Assembly: GCA_963760625.1 (NCBI GenBank)
Contig: CAVXDU010000013.1
Location: forward strand, 206,129 to 270,128
Source of the DNA: an uncultured Chloroflexia bacterium
GTDB lineage: Bacteria; Chloroflexota; Limnocylindria; Limnocylindrales; CSP1-4
Reading direction: 5' to 3'
DNA length: 64,000 bases
The position numbers and the translations under genes are program-made. The notes below the pieces were generated by a model that was not told the origin of the DNA, did no database searches, and was given only the letters and a program-made list of their open reading frames with translations. This document shows positions 48,645 through 58,719 of this stretch, in pieces; positions within the stretch are counted from its first letter, which is position 1, and each line of letters opens with the position of its first letter.

Positions 48645-49540
48645 TCGCTGACGCGCCGCGTCCGACACCGTCCAGGGATGCGCCTCGAGGGACGGAGGCC
48701 ATCCGGCTGTTGTACGAGACGCACCTATCGGGTCAGGCACGCACCTGCACCCTCCCTGCTCTGGTCCACATGTACGACGGTCCGCTGGCCATCCCACTTC
48801 GTGGCGACCGGCCGACCGTCATCGCCAACTTCGTCCAGACGATCGATGGCGTGGTGGCACTGGATCCGGACGAACGAGCAGGTTCGGGCGCAGTGAGCGG
48901 CTTCAGTCCCACCGATCGGTCGGTCATGGGGCTGCTGCGCGCCCTGGCCGATGTCGTACTCGTCGGCGCGGGTACCGTGCGCGCGTCGCGAGGGACAGGG
49001 TGGACCGCTTCCCGGGTCTATCCCCCTGCCACGGACGCCTTCCGCGACATGCGTGCACAACTCGGCATGGCGCCGGAACCCACGACGCTCGTCGTGACCG
49101 CCAGCGGCGAACTCGACCCGGGCCATCGCGCATTCGCCGACCCCGAGCGTGCCATAACCATCGCAGCACCCGACTCCACTGCGGACCGGCTGCGGTGCGC
49201 GGGTTTTCGTGCCGGCATCGCCATCGAGGGTCTCGGGGATACCGAAGCGGTCTCTCCGGAGTCGCTGGTGGCCCTGGCGGCCCGTATGCGGGCTCGCGTC
49301 GTGCTCACGGAGGGCGGCCCCCACATGGTCGCGGAGCTCGCGACGAACGGCCTCATCGACGAGCTCTTCCTGACCGTGGCTCCGCAGCTGGCAGGTCGGG
49401 ACCGCTCCGTGGATCGCCTCGGACTGATCGAGGGAGCCGTCCTATGGCCGCATCACGCCCGGTGGGCCGAGCTGGCCTCGGTTCGGCGGGCAGGCGACCA
49501 CCTGTTCCTGCGCTATCGCTTCAGCGAGGCGGAGTCATGA
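48641..49540 (+). CDS. RibD C-terminal-domain (dihydrofolate-reductase-like) reductase family protein
   Basis: The ATG overlaps the folE stop (ccATGAtc). ANFVQTIDGVVALD...GSGAVSG..DRSVMGLLRALADVVLVGAGTVRA ... VLTEGGPHMVAELATNGLIDELFLTVAPQLAG matches the RibD_C pattern. The upstream 137 codons of ORF 48230..49540 overlap folE and are noise. Confidence 0.8.
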   Translation: MIADAPRPTPSRDAPRGTEAIRLLYETHLSGQARTCTLPALVHMYDGPLAIPLRGDRPTVIANFVQTIDGVVALDPDERAGSGAVSGFSPTDRSVMGLLRALADVVLVGAGTVRASRGTGWTASRVYPPATDAFRDMRAQLGMAPEPTTLVVTASGELDPGHRAFADPERAITIAAPDSTADRLRCAGFRAGIAIEGLGDTEAVSPESLVALAARMRARVVLTEGGPHMVAELATNGLIDELFLTVAPQLAGRDRSVDRLGLIEGAVLWPHHARWAELASVRRAGDHLFLRYRFSEAES

Positions 49541-49593
49541 GACGAGAGCACGTTCGTCATCGTCGGTGACGGACTCGCAGAGTGCCGGTTCCC

Positions 49594-50127
49594 CTAGGCG
49601 GCAATCGACACCAGCAGGCCGATGACCGCCCCAGCCACCACCGCGACCAGGCTGGCGACCAGGTCCGGCTTGAACACCATGACAGCCACGATGCCCAGGC
49701 CAAGGCCAAGTCGCAGCGCGAGGGAGCGGACGAGCATCGGATCGCGCACCGCCTGGGCGAGTGACGGCGACCAGGTACCCTGCGCCTGGCCGATCTGCGG
49801 ACCCAGGCGCCGCATCGCACCACCGGTCGCGACGATGCCGATCCCTGCCAGCACGATCATCGAGACCAGCGCGACCATCGTCCAGGCGGGAAGATTCCAG
49901 CGGTCTGCCGCCATCCACAGCCCGGGCACCAGGATCAGGAGCAGAGCCACCGGGCCACCCTTCCGCATGACGCCGATGAGGCCCATCCAGCCGACCGCTG
50001 CCTCGACCGAGGACGCGGTGCGAAGCCGCAGTAGACCCATCGTCTCGATGCCCAGGAGTGCGAACAGGAGGAGCGCCCCGACGATGTGCGCGAAGAGCGC
50101 CGTCAGGTAGAGGTCCATCCCACACAC
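49594..50127 (-). CDS. Integral membrane protein (DUF2269-like, about 4-5 TM)
   Basis: 177-aa intact ORF. DLYLTALFAHIVGALLLFALLGIETMGLL is followed by three or four further hydrophobic helices. Confidence 0.6.
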   Translation of the reverse strand: MCGMDLYLTALFAHIVGALLLFALLGIETMGLLRLRTASSVEAAVGWMGLIGVMRKGGPVALLLILVPGLWMAADRWNLPAWTMVALVSMIVLAGIGIVATGGAMRRLGPQIGQAQGTWSPSLAQAVRDPMLVRSLALRLGLGLGIVAVMVFKPDLVASLVAVVAGAVIGLLVSIAA

Positions 50128-50420
50128 CTCCGTTCGGATCCGACCCTTGAGATATCGGGACGCAGGCTAACACCTGGCCATATTCCTGGGGCCGCTGACC
50201 GGACACCACGTCACGACTTGACGACTGGCCTCGCCTCGATCCGGTGGCCGACGATCTGCGTCGATGTTGTCGATGTCTTCCGCTGGTGTGATGCGGTGTG
50301 GCGGAGTACCGTTAGGCGTGGTTTGGGTGCCATGGCGTGCCGACCGGGGACACCCGCCCATTTGGCCGCTCGTCTAGTTCCGGCCACGTTGGGCACGCGA
50401 CATCCAGGGAGGGAGAGGTC

Positions 50421-51466
50421 GTGCGAACAACGCTCCGAGCCCTTGCGGCGAGCGCATGCGTCATCGGGTCGTCGCTGATGCCGATGGTTGCCAGCGCGCA
50501 CGCCGGAGTGGGTGGCACCACGGTCATCCACGCATGTGTCCGCGGCACCCAGATCCAGCTGGCGTCTATCGACCCAGACGCCACGTGCCCGGACGGATGG
50601 AGGTCGCTGCACTGGAACAAGGCAGGCGTCGCGGGTCCCTCCGGCCCCGCGGGCACGGCTGGTGCCAAAGGTGACACAGGTCCGGCGGGCGCGGCTGGCC
50701 CGGTGGGTCCGGTCGGCCCGGTGGTCCGGTCGGCCCGGTGGGTGCGGTCGGCCCGGCAGGCCCGGCGGGTCTGCCAGGTGCCGACGGCGCTCCGGGTGTG
50801 GCGGGCCCCCCGGGTGATACGGGCCCGGCAGGCCCGGCAGGTCCGGCTGGTGACATCGGTCCGGCTGGTGACATCGGTCCGGCAGGCGCCGACGGCGCCC
50901 AGGGTCCGGTCGGTCCCATTGGCCCTCCTGGACCTGCGGGTGAGACCGGCCTGACGGGCCCGGCAGGTGCCGATGGCATACAGGGTCCCAAGGGGGACGC
51001 GGGTCCGGCAGGACCGGCAGGTGCCGATGGCATCGAGGGCCCCAAGGGGGACACAGGTCCGACCGGCCCCATCGGACTCACGGGGCCCATCGGACTCACG
51101 GGACCCATCGGACTCACGGGACCCATCGGTCCAGCAGGCGTCGCAGGTCCTCAGGGCCCGAAGGGTGACCCCGGGGAGCCGGCAACCACGTCTGTGACGG
51201 GTTGGGAGCGCGTGGTGGGGGCCCTGAGCACGGACGACGAGGCACCGAAGTCTGTGTCTGCGACCTGTCCGACTGGCAAGAAGGCGATCGGCGGTGGATT
51301 CGAACTCGCCAACGTGAGCGACAAGGGTGCCGTTCTTGTCGAAAGCAGCGGGCCGGCCGCCGACGGGTCACGGTGGAACGTCACCGCCGATGTCGACTCC
51401 GTTGACGGTGACACGAGCTTCTCGATCCGCGCCTTCGCGGCGTGCGTGAGCGCGACCTCGGTGTAA
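50421..51466 (+). CDS. Secreted collagen-like triple-helix repeat protein with Cys-containing N- and C-terminal globular parts; one frame change near 50722
   Basis: GTG 50421 follows [35 protein letters not shown] is the signal. About 550 bp of G-X-Y follow ([29 protein letters not shown]...[37 protein letters not shown]...[25 protein letters not shown]...GDPGEP). They are continuous if one g is restored in ggcccggtgg(g)tccgg. The C-terminal 95-aa non-collagen domain is [16 protein letters not shown]...[10 protein letters not shown]. Confidence 0.85.
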
Positions 51467-51596
51467 TCGGCCAAACGCGCGCACAACTGGCCGCCAGGCC
51501 CCGATCCCGGTCGTTGCCAACCGCTGGCCGGACGCAGCGCTCGGTACGTGCACGTCCGCGTCACCCCATGCAAATGCCTCGCTACACTCGGTCCTG

Positions 51597-52167
51597 ATGG
51601 GCCCCGGAGATGACACGGCAGGTCGGGTCCGAGTCCGGCGTCTGACCACCTCCGAGCTCTCCGCGGGGGACATCGCCTCCATCCGGGCGTTGATGGCCGA
51701 GGCGTTCGGTGATGGGGACGAGGCCTTCGGTGACCACGACTGGGACCATGCGCTGGGTGGCATTCACATCGTCCTCGACATCGAGGATGTGGTCGTTGCG
51801 CACGCCGCCGTGGTCGAGCGGGACATCCACGTCGCTGGCCGGCCACTCCGGGCCGGCTATGTCGAGGCCGTGGCAACCGCCACGGATCAGCAAGGCCGGG
51901 GCTTTGGCTCGCAGGTGATGGAGGCCGCCGGCTCGGTCATCACGCGCGAGTACGACCTGGGGGTGCTCGGGACCGGCCGCCACCAGTTCTACGAGCGGCT
52001 CGGCTGGCGGACGTGGCAGGGGCCGGCGTTCGTCCGGACCGCCAGACGGCGACCGGCGCACACCCGATGAGGAAGGCTACATCCTGGTCCTGACGACGCC
52101 GACCACGCCGACGCTCGACTGGACGGCGGCCATCAGCTGCGAGTGGCGATCCGGCGACGTCTGGTGA
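51597..52167 (+). CDS. Aminoglycoside 2'-N-acetyltransferase-like GNAT, AAC(2')-I family-like; one frame change near 52044
   Basis: IRALMAEAFGD...DWDHALGGIHIVL...HAAVVER...GYVEAVATATDQQGRGFGSQVMEAAG...LGTGRHQFYERLGWRTWQGPAFVRTA continues as DGDRRTPDEEGYILVLTTPTTPTLDWTAAISCEWRSGDVW* after removing the a in gcc-a-gacgg. The AAC(2') assignment is from memory of the family. Confidence 0.7.
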
Positions 52168-52278
52168 CGACCGACCCGGGCATCGACACCGCACTGTTGA
52201 GACAACAGGAACGCTGCCGGTCGGGTTACCCTCTCGTCTTCGGGCGGCCCCCATCGCGCTCGACAAGCCGGAGATGCC

Positions 52279-53933
52279 GTGACCACCGCTGACTTTGTCG
52301 ACCGCGCCCCAGTCGAGCTGCCGCATCCGGTCCGGATGCGCATCCTGGGTGCGGTCATGATCGGGATCTTCCTGGCAGCACTCGACCAGACGGTGGTCGG
52401 CACGGCGCTCCCTCGGATCATCACCGACCTCAACGGCAACAACCTCTACACGTGGGCGTTCACCGCGTACCTGCTCACGTCGACCATCAGCGGGCCGCTG
52501 TACGGGAAGTTGTCGGACATGTTCGGCCGGCGGCCCATCTTCCTGTTCGGTGTCGGTGTGTTCCTGGTCGGCTCGCATGCTGTCGGGGCTGTCGCAGGAG
52601 ATGTGGCAGTTCATCGCGGCGCGGGGCATCCAGGGGCTCGGCGCGGGGGCCCTGTTCCCCATCGCGCTGGCCATCATCGGCGACCTGTTCGCACCCTCGG
52701 AGCGGGGCCAGTACCAGGGTCTGTTCGGAGCCGTATTCGGCCTGAGCATCCTGATCGGACCCGCCATCGGTGGCCTCATCACCGACAACTTCGGCTGGCA
52801 CTGGGTGTTCTTCGTGAACCTGCCCATCGGGGCCGTGGTGCTGTATCTGGTCTGGCGCTACCTGCCCGCCTACCACCTCGGCAATGACCGTGTCAAGATC
52901 GACTACCTGGGCGCGGCATTGTTCGCAGCCGCCCTGATACCGATCCTGATCGGCCTGACCAACAAGGCGACGGCGGCCTGGACGGACGTGCCCGTGGGCG
53001 GGCTCATCGCGCTGGGCCTGCTCATCGGCGTCGTCTTCGTGCTCGTGGAAGTCGCGGACCGAGGAACCCATCGTGCCACTCGGCCTCTTTCGCCGACGGT
53101 CGTTCACGATCTCGGTCGCGGCGGTGTTCCTGGCGGCCTTCGGCTTCTTCGCGGCCGTGGTGTTCCTGCCTCGCTGGTTCCAGGTCGTCCAGCACGCTTC
53201 GGCGACCGAATCGGGCTATCAGATCCTGCCCTTGCTCGGCGGGTTGATCCTGAGCGCGGTGATGTCCGGCCAGATCGTGAGCCGTACCGGGCGTTATCGA
53301 CTACTCATCTTCAGTGCGTTGGTGACCATGGCGATCGGCCTGTTCCTGCTGAGTAACCTGCGCGCCGATACGCCCATCCCGGTCACCTGGCTGTGGATGT
53401 TCGTGGCAGGCCTTGGCGTCGGGCCGACATTCGCCGTGTTCACCCTGGTCGTCCAGAACAGCGTTCCGGTGCAGCAGCTCGGCACGGCCACCAGCAACCT
53501 CACGTTCTTCCAGTCCGTCGGCGGCACCGTGGGCCTGGCAGTGACGGGCACGATATTCGCCTCGGCACTCGCCGACGAACTTCCGCTCCAGCTGTCCGAC
53601 CCATCCATCCCTCCTGCGGTCGCCGGGGCGATCGCCGGTGGAGGGCTCGATCCCAACCTGTTCACCCGCGTTGGCAACCTTGGCCAGGGAATCCTCGGCA
53701 GCCTGCCTGCTGACGCGCGAGCCCAGGTCGAACCCTTCATCGATGCCATCGTGGCCGCCATCTACCGAGCGTTTTCCATCGCGACGGCGAACACGTTCAC
53801 GGTTGGGATCGTGACGGCCCTTGTCGCTGCCGGTCTCGTCCTGTTGTTCCGTGAGGCACCGATGCGGGCGCCGGATGCGGCCGTGGCAGGCAGCCCGGCG
53901 GCAGCGGGTGATGAGGGTCCCGGACAGCGGTAG
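52279..53933 (+). CDS. MFS transporter, drug:H+ antiporter DHA2 (EmrB/QacA-like, 14-TMS type); two frame changes (about 52570 and about 53053)
   Basis: FLAALDQTVVGTALPRIITDL (the LDxTVxNxALP-like motif) and GKLSDMFGRRPIF are in ORF 52279. GIQGLGAGALFPIALAIIGDLFAPSERGQYQGLFG...FVNLPIG is in ORF 52550. VPLGLFRRRSFTISVAAVFL... runs to the end in ORF 53073. The second junction is restored by deleting the g after gaa at about 53053. Confidence 0.85.
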
Positions 53934-53953
53934 GCAGATGAGGTAGCGCCAGG

Positions 53954-55034
53954 GTGCATGACGGGTCGCTCACGCTGGATCAGGCGCTCGATGTGCTGCC
54001 CAAGGTCGAGCTGCATTGCCATATCGAGGGGACCATGCGGTCCGCCACGCTCATCGACCTTGCGACCCGCAGCGGGCGCGCGCTCCCGACGAGCGATCCT
54101 CGACAGCTCTACCGATACGACAGCCTCGACGGCTTCCTGAACGTCTTCTGGCTGGCGCAGTCCTGCCTCGAGACGCCCGACGACTGGGCCCGGCTGGCCC
54201 ACGAGTCGGTGATCGACGGTGCGGCCCACGGACTCGTGTATCGGGAGAGCTTTCTTCACACCCACCCGCCACCTGGTCGAAGGCCAGGACCTGGAGCAGA
54301 TCGTGAGCGGCATCGAGCGCGGCCTGATGGCGGGCGAGGACGAGACCGGCGTCCTCGTGAGGCTCATCTGCGACATGGACCGAGCCTTCGGAGGTGCAGC
54401 CGGCCTGGAGCTGGTGGAACGCCTCGTCGACCTCCATCGCCGCGGCCTGGCACACAGCGTCATCGGCATCGGCATGGACTCCACGGAGCTGGGGGTCGAC
54501 CCCGCCGACTACGAGCCAGCCTACCGCCTCGCTCGTGCCTCCGGACTGCATGTCACGGCACACCAGGGCGAGAACAGTCCGGCGTCAGCGATCCGCTACG
54601 ACGTCGAGGTCCTGGGCGTTGAGCGCATCGACCATGGCATCTCGGTCATGGACGATGACGCGGTTGTCGGCCTGCTCGTCGAGCGGGGCATCCCCATCAC
54701 GGTCTGTCCGCTTTCCAACGTCTTCATCGCCAACAGCGTGCCGCGACTGGCGGAGCATCCGTGGCCGAGGATGGCCGATGCCGGCCTCCATCTCACCCTC
54801 AATTCGGATGACCCGGCATTCATCGAGTCCGATATCGGGCAGGAGTACGCGGCGCTGGCCGACGCCTTCGGCTACGACCTCGACCAGATGGCCAGCATCG
54901 CCCTGGCTGGGGTGGATGCGACCTGGCTGCCGGCCGCCGAACAGGCGGACCTGCGAGCCCGGGTACGGCGAGCTGCGGACGATCTGCGCCAGCGGCTCGG
55001 GGCGTCGGGCCCGATGGAGGATCGAGCGGGATAG
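53954..55034 (+). CDS. add: Adenosine/adenine deaminase family protein; one frame change near 54251
   Basis: LPKVELHCHIEGTMRSATL (the metal-binding HxH) is in ORF 53954. FFTPTRHLVEGQDLEQIV...VTAHQGEN...ERIDHGI...CPLSNV...LTLNSDDPAF is in ORF 54219..55034. They join by deleting one t of agcttt-cttc. Confidence 0.9.
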
Positions 55035-55163
55035 CCCTGCCGGGCGTGCCCCTCCTCGCTGGAGGTGGCGCTACCGCGACGAGTCGGATGGCGGGTCGCA
55101 CCGTGTCCCCGCCGGCATCCCGCCACTATCCTGCGAGACACCGACCCGCAGGAGGTTCTGGCG

Positions 55164-55550
55164 ATGCTTTCCGACAGCCCTGTCTACGCGACCCTGCCGA
55201 CGACCGATGTGTCGTCGTTGCGGCGGTTCTACGAGGAGGTCCTCGGGTTCGCGGTTCGCACCGAGTCGCCCATCGGCATCACGTACCAGGCCGGCGAAGG
55301 CACGTATTTCGCCATCACCCGGTCCTCCGGTGCAGCGTCGGGGAGCCACACGCAGATGGGCTTCGCAGTCCAGGACATCGTGGCCGAGGTCGCCGCGCTC
55401 AAGGCGCGAGGCGTCACCTTCGAGACGTACGAGACACCCAAAACGGTCGACGGGATCGCCGACATGGGTATCGGCCGGGCAGCCTGGCTGCGCGACCCCG
55501 ACGGCAACCTGATCGGCATGATCGAGTTCGATATCGACGGCGACGCCTGA
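55164..55550 (+). CDS. VOC/glyoxalase-bleomycin-resistance-fold protein
   Basis: ATG 55164 follows AGGAGG. MLSDSPVYATLPTTDVSSLRRFYEEVLGF...AAWLRDPDGNLIGMIEF is the typical VOC pattern. Confidence 0.8.
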   Translation: MLSDSPVYATLPTTDVSSLRRFYEEVLGFAVRTESPIGITYQAGEGTYFAITRSSGAASGSHTQMGFAVQDIVAEVAALKARGVTFETYETPKTVDGIADMGIGRAAWLRDPDGNLIGMIEFDIDGDA

Positions 55551-55959
55551 CCGTCACTGATATGGCGTTCGCGGCCGGACCTCCCGTGCGGGGGCAGTGC
55601 CTGCGAACGGGCTTGGGCGGATGCACGAGACGAAGGTGTCCGCCAGGATCGGCGGGCCCTGCGGAATCGACTCGACCCGCGCGTATCAACCCTGACCTCG
55701 TGTCAGCGTGCCGTCGCGAGAGGCCGATCCGCCCCTCTGGGTGACTTCGGGCGTCGGAGGGCCGGTACTCCTTCCCGGCCACCGCAACACATGGTCGCCG
55801 ATCGGCGGGGGGCCGTGGTCCGTGCGTACTGTGGTTCGGCCATGAGGCGACGCCCACCATCCGGGACGAGGACCAGTGACGCGCTTCGGCGCGGCGCAGC
55901 GCGACGAGATCTTCTTGCCCTGGGTCGCGCTGCTGTCGCTGGTGAGCACGAGGTACATC

Positions 55960-57777
55960 ATGCCGCCGCGCGTCCCGGCCGTCCCGGGCAGACCTGGCTC
56001 GCCCGACAGTTGCTGGGTCGCCCGCCCGATCCTGGTCGCGCTGGCGCTGTGCCTGGCTTGCCTCTCGTCGCTTGCCACCAGCCCGGGGTTCGGAGGAGCG
56101 ACCGCGGCCGCATCAGGCGGCGGGTGCGCAGCGACCGTAGGCCTGCCGTCGATCGCACTCAACGCGGTCGACACACGCACCATCGCGTCGGCGACCGTTG
56201 CCGCACCGTCGGCCGCGGCCCGCGGCGTCGACGTCAGCCATTGGGATGGTGATGCCTCGATGGCGTCTGTGCGTCGCAGCGGTGGGACGTTCGTGTACGT
56301 CAAGGCCACCCAGGGACGCGGAATCGTGGACGGGACATTCGCCGCGCGGGTCCATGCCGCGAGCGCCGCGGGGCTGCTGTCTGGGGCGTACCACTTCTTC
56401 GACTACAGGATCGACGGTATCGCCCAGGCGAGGTTCTTCGTTGCCACGGTCCGCCGGCACGGCGGCTTCCAGGGACACCTGCCCCCGGCCGTCGACGTGG
56501 AGTGCCTGCGCGCGCTCGGTCGTTCGCGGCCCGGTTACGCGGCGCATCAACTGCGGGCGTTCCTCGGCGAGGTATTCGAGCTGACGGGGCGTATGGCGGT
56601 GATCTACACGTCACCCTACATGTGGCACCAGGTGACCGGCAATGACGCGTCGTTCGGTCGGTATCCGCTCTGGGTGGCGTGCTGGTACTGCACGCGCCCG
56701 ACCCTGCCGCGTGGCTGGTCCACCTGGACGTTCTGGCAGGTCGGCAAGGTGGGCATCGCCGGAACCAGGGTCGACGGCGACGTCTTTCGTGGAGGCCGCA
56801 CCACGCTTCGCCGGGCACGCACGGCCACGCCCCGGCTCGGCGGCGGAGCACGGTACACAACGACGACTTCGGTACGCATGAGCCTCCGCGGTCGGGACGG
56901 ACGGTGGTTCCGCAGCAGCACCGATGGCCGCCACTGGACGCACTGGCGGCGGTACACCACGGCCGCGTCCTTCGACCTCCGTGCCAGGGACGGTCACCAA
57001 CGACTGTTCCTCCAGTTCCGTGACCCCCGGGGGCGCCACTCGCCCGTCACGAGCGATCGGATCATCCTCGACCGGACAGGGCCCGTCATCAGCCTGGCGC
57101 CGCCTCGCTTCACACTCGGTCCCATCGCCACTGGACGGCTTCCGGGCGCCATCCCTTGGAGGGCGACCGACCGGACTTCCGGGATCGGTTCCGCCCGTCT
57201 GACGCGGACCTGCGACGGTGGCGCTGCGGCGGTCATCGCGGGGACGCGCAGCCCGCGAATGGCTACGTACACTGGAGGCTGGCTCGTGTTGGGGTCGACC
57301 TGTGAACTCATCGTGCGGGCACGGGACCGGGCCGGGAACGTCACCACCGTACGACGACCGGAGCCGTCTGTCGTCTTCACAGGGGACCCGGCGCAGGACT
57401 CCCTGGTCTATGGCGGGGACTGGAGCACTCGGTCCATCCCAAAGGCAATCGGGGGCATCCACCATGAGGCGAGTACGCTCGATGCCACCGCGACATTGAG
57501 GTTCGATGGCAGCGATGTCGCCATCGTGTCCACCCAGGGACCTGACCGGGGACGCGCGGAAATCAGCATCGACGGAGTGGCCGTGGGAACGGTTGACCTT
57601 TACGCCATCACGAGCCGTTATCGGGTCGTGGTCTTCGCAAGGCACCTCGCCGACCCCGGCGAGCACGTCCTCGTGGTCCGGGCCCTCGGGACCCATGCGT
57701 CTAGGTCCACCGGCAGCCGCGTGGACCTTGACGGGTTCCTCACCCTCGATACGTCCTCGTTCGTCACGGCTGGCTGA
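55960..57777 (+). CDS. Secreted GH25 muramidase (lysozyme) with an about 350-aa C-terminal extension
   Basis: ATG 55960 gives MPPRVPAVPGRPGSPDSCWVARPILVALALCLACLSSLATSPG (signal). The GH25 core is GVDVSHWDGDASMASVRRSGGTFVYVKATQG...GAYHFF...PPAVDVE...YPLWVACW...WTFWQVG. Ig-like or jelly-roll-like C-terminal modules follow (LRFDGSDVAIVSTQGPDRGRAEISIDGVAVGTVDLYA). Confidence 0.85.
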   Translation: MPPRVPAVPGRPGSPDSCWVARPILVALALCLACLSSLATSPGFGGATAAASGGGCAATVGLPSIALNAVDTRTIASATVAAPSAAARGVDVSHWDGDASMASVRRSGGTFVYVKATQGRGIVDGTFAARVHAASAAGLLSGAYHFFDYRIDGIAQARFFVATVRRHGGFQGHLPPAVDVECLRALGRSRPGYAAHQLRAFLGEVFELTGRMAVIYTSPYMWHQVTGNDASFGRYPLWVACWYCTRPTLPRGWSTWTFWQVGKVGIAGTRVDGDVFRGGRTTLRRARTATPRLGGGARYTTTTSVRMSLRGRDGRWFRSSTDGRHWTHWRRYTTAASFDLRARDGHQRLFLQFRDPRGRHSPVTSDRIILDRTGPVISLAPPRFTLGPIATGRLPGAIPWRATDRTSGIGSARLTRTCDGGAAAVIAGTRSPRMATYTGGWLVLGSTCELIVRARDRAGNVTTVRRPEPSVVFTGDPAQDSLVYGGDWSTRSIPKAIGGIHHEASTLDATATLRFDGSDVAIVSTQGPDRGRAEISIDGVAVGTVDLYAITSRYRVVVFARHLADPGEHVLVVRALGTHASRSTGSRVDLDGFLTLDTSSFVTAG

Positions 57778-57786
57778 TCCGGACGT

Positions 57787-58719
57787 TCAGCCGTAGAGCG
57801 TCCCGCCAAGGTATTTCAGGCCGGAGTCGACCTGGATGGTGACGACGCGCTGACCCTCACCGAGCCGCGCGGCGACCTGCAATGCTGCCGCGATGTTCGC
57901 ACCCGTGGATGGGCCCGACCATACCCCTTCCGCACGCGCAGCTCGTCGCGCCGTGTCGAACGCATCCGTCGTGGCGACGGCGATCACCTCGTCGAATGAT
58001 CCGGGCTCCAGCGCAGGCGGCACGAAGCCGACACCGCCACCTTCGATCCGGTGCGTGCCGGCCGGCTGACCGGACAGGATCGCGGACTCGGCGGGCTCCA
58101 CCGCCACCCGCAGGAGCGTCGGCAGGGAACGACGCAGTGCGATCGTGGTGCCCATGAAGCAGCCAGCGGTGCCGACGTAGATCACGACGGCATCGATGCG
58201 ACCCTCGAGTTGCTCCACGAGCTCCTCGCCCAGCGCGAGGTAACCGTCGACCATGTCGTGGTTGTTGAACTGGTCAGTGGCGTATCCACCTGTCTCCAGC
58301 GCGATCTGCGCTGCCCGTGCCCGCATCGCCGGGATGAGGTCCGGGGTGATGCCCTGCGGGCTGGGGATCAGCTCCACATCGGCGCCGAAGGCGCGCATCG
58401 TCCTGATCTTCTCGTCGGCGAAGGCATCCGAGGAGACGATGCGCAAGGGGTAGCCCTTGACCGCGCACACGAGCGCAAGTGACGATCCGGTACTGCCGCC
58501 GGTGTACTCAACCACGGTCTGGCCGGGGCTCAGGCGGCCCGACCGTTCGGCTCCCTCGATCATCGCGAGGGCCATCCGGTCCTTGTACGAGCCCGTCGGG
58601 TTGAAGGACTCGAGCTTGACCCAGACTTCCGCCGAGCCCTCGCCTGGCAGCACGCCGAGCCGAACGACGGGCGTCCTGCCGATGGCGCCGAGGGCTCCTG
58701 CTCGATCCACGCTCGTCAC
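57787..58719 (-). CDS. Cysteine synthase family (PLP fold type II, CysK/CysM/CBS-like) protein
   Basis: VKLESFNPTGSYKDRMALAMIEGAERSG carries the PLP lysine in SYKDR. The GSTGSS loop is present. The 310-aa ORF is intact with a GTG start after GGAG. Confidence 0.85.
   Translation of the reverse strand: MTSVDRAGALGAIGRTPVVRLGVLPGEGSAEVWVKLESFNPTGSYKDRMALAMIEGAERSGRLSPGQTVVEYTGGSTGSSLALVCAVKGYPLRIVSSDAFADEKIRTMRAFGADVELIPSPQGITPDLIPAMRARAAQIALETGGYATDQFNNHDMVDGYLALGEELVEQLEGRIDAVVIYVGTAGCFMGTTIALRRSLPTLLRVAVEPAESAILSGQPAGTHRIEGGGVGFVPPALEPGSFDEVIAVATTDAFDTARRAARAEGVWSGPSTGANIAAALQVAARLGEGQRVVTIQVDSGLKYLGGTLYG

Noticed and set aside
55551-55959. A possible minus-strand gene (MMYLVLTSDSSATQGKKISS...) in the 400-bp gap before the GH25 gene.
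   Set aside because: After about 20 residues the translation becomes low-complexity P/G/R-rich. No family motif is recognisable in any frame, even allowing frame switches. I left it unannotated.
55960-57777. A prophage remnant, because of the GH25 lysozyme.
   Set aside because: There are no holin, terminase, capsid, tail or integrase genes nearby. The protein has a Sec signal and large accessory modules, and its neighbours are metabolic genes.
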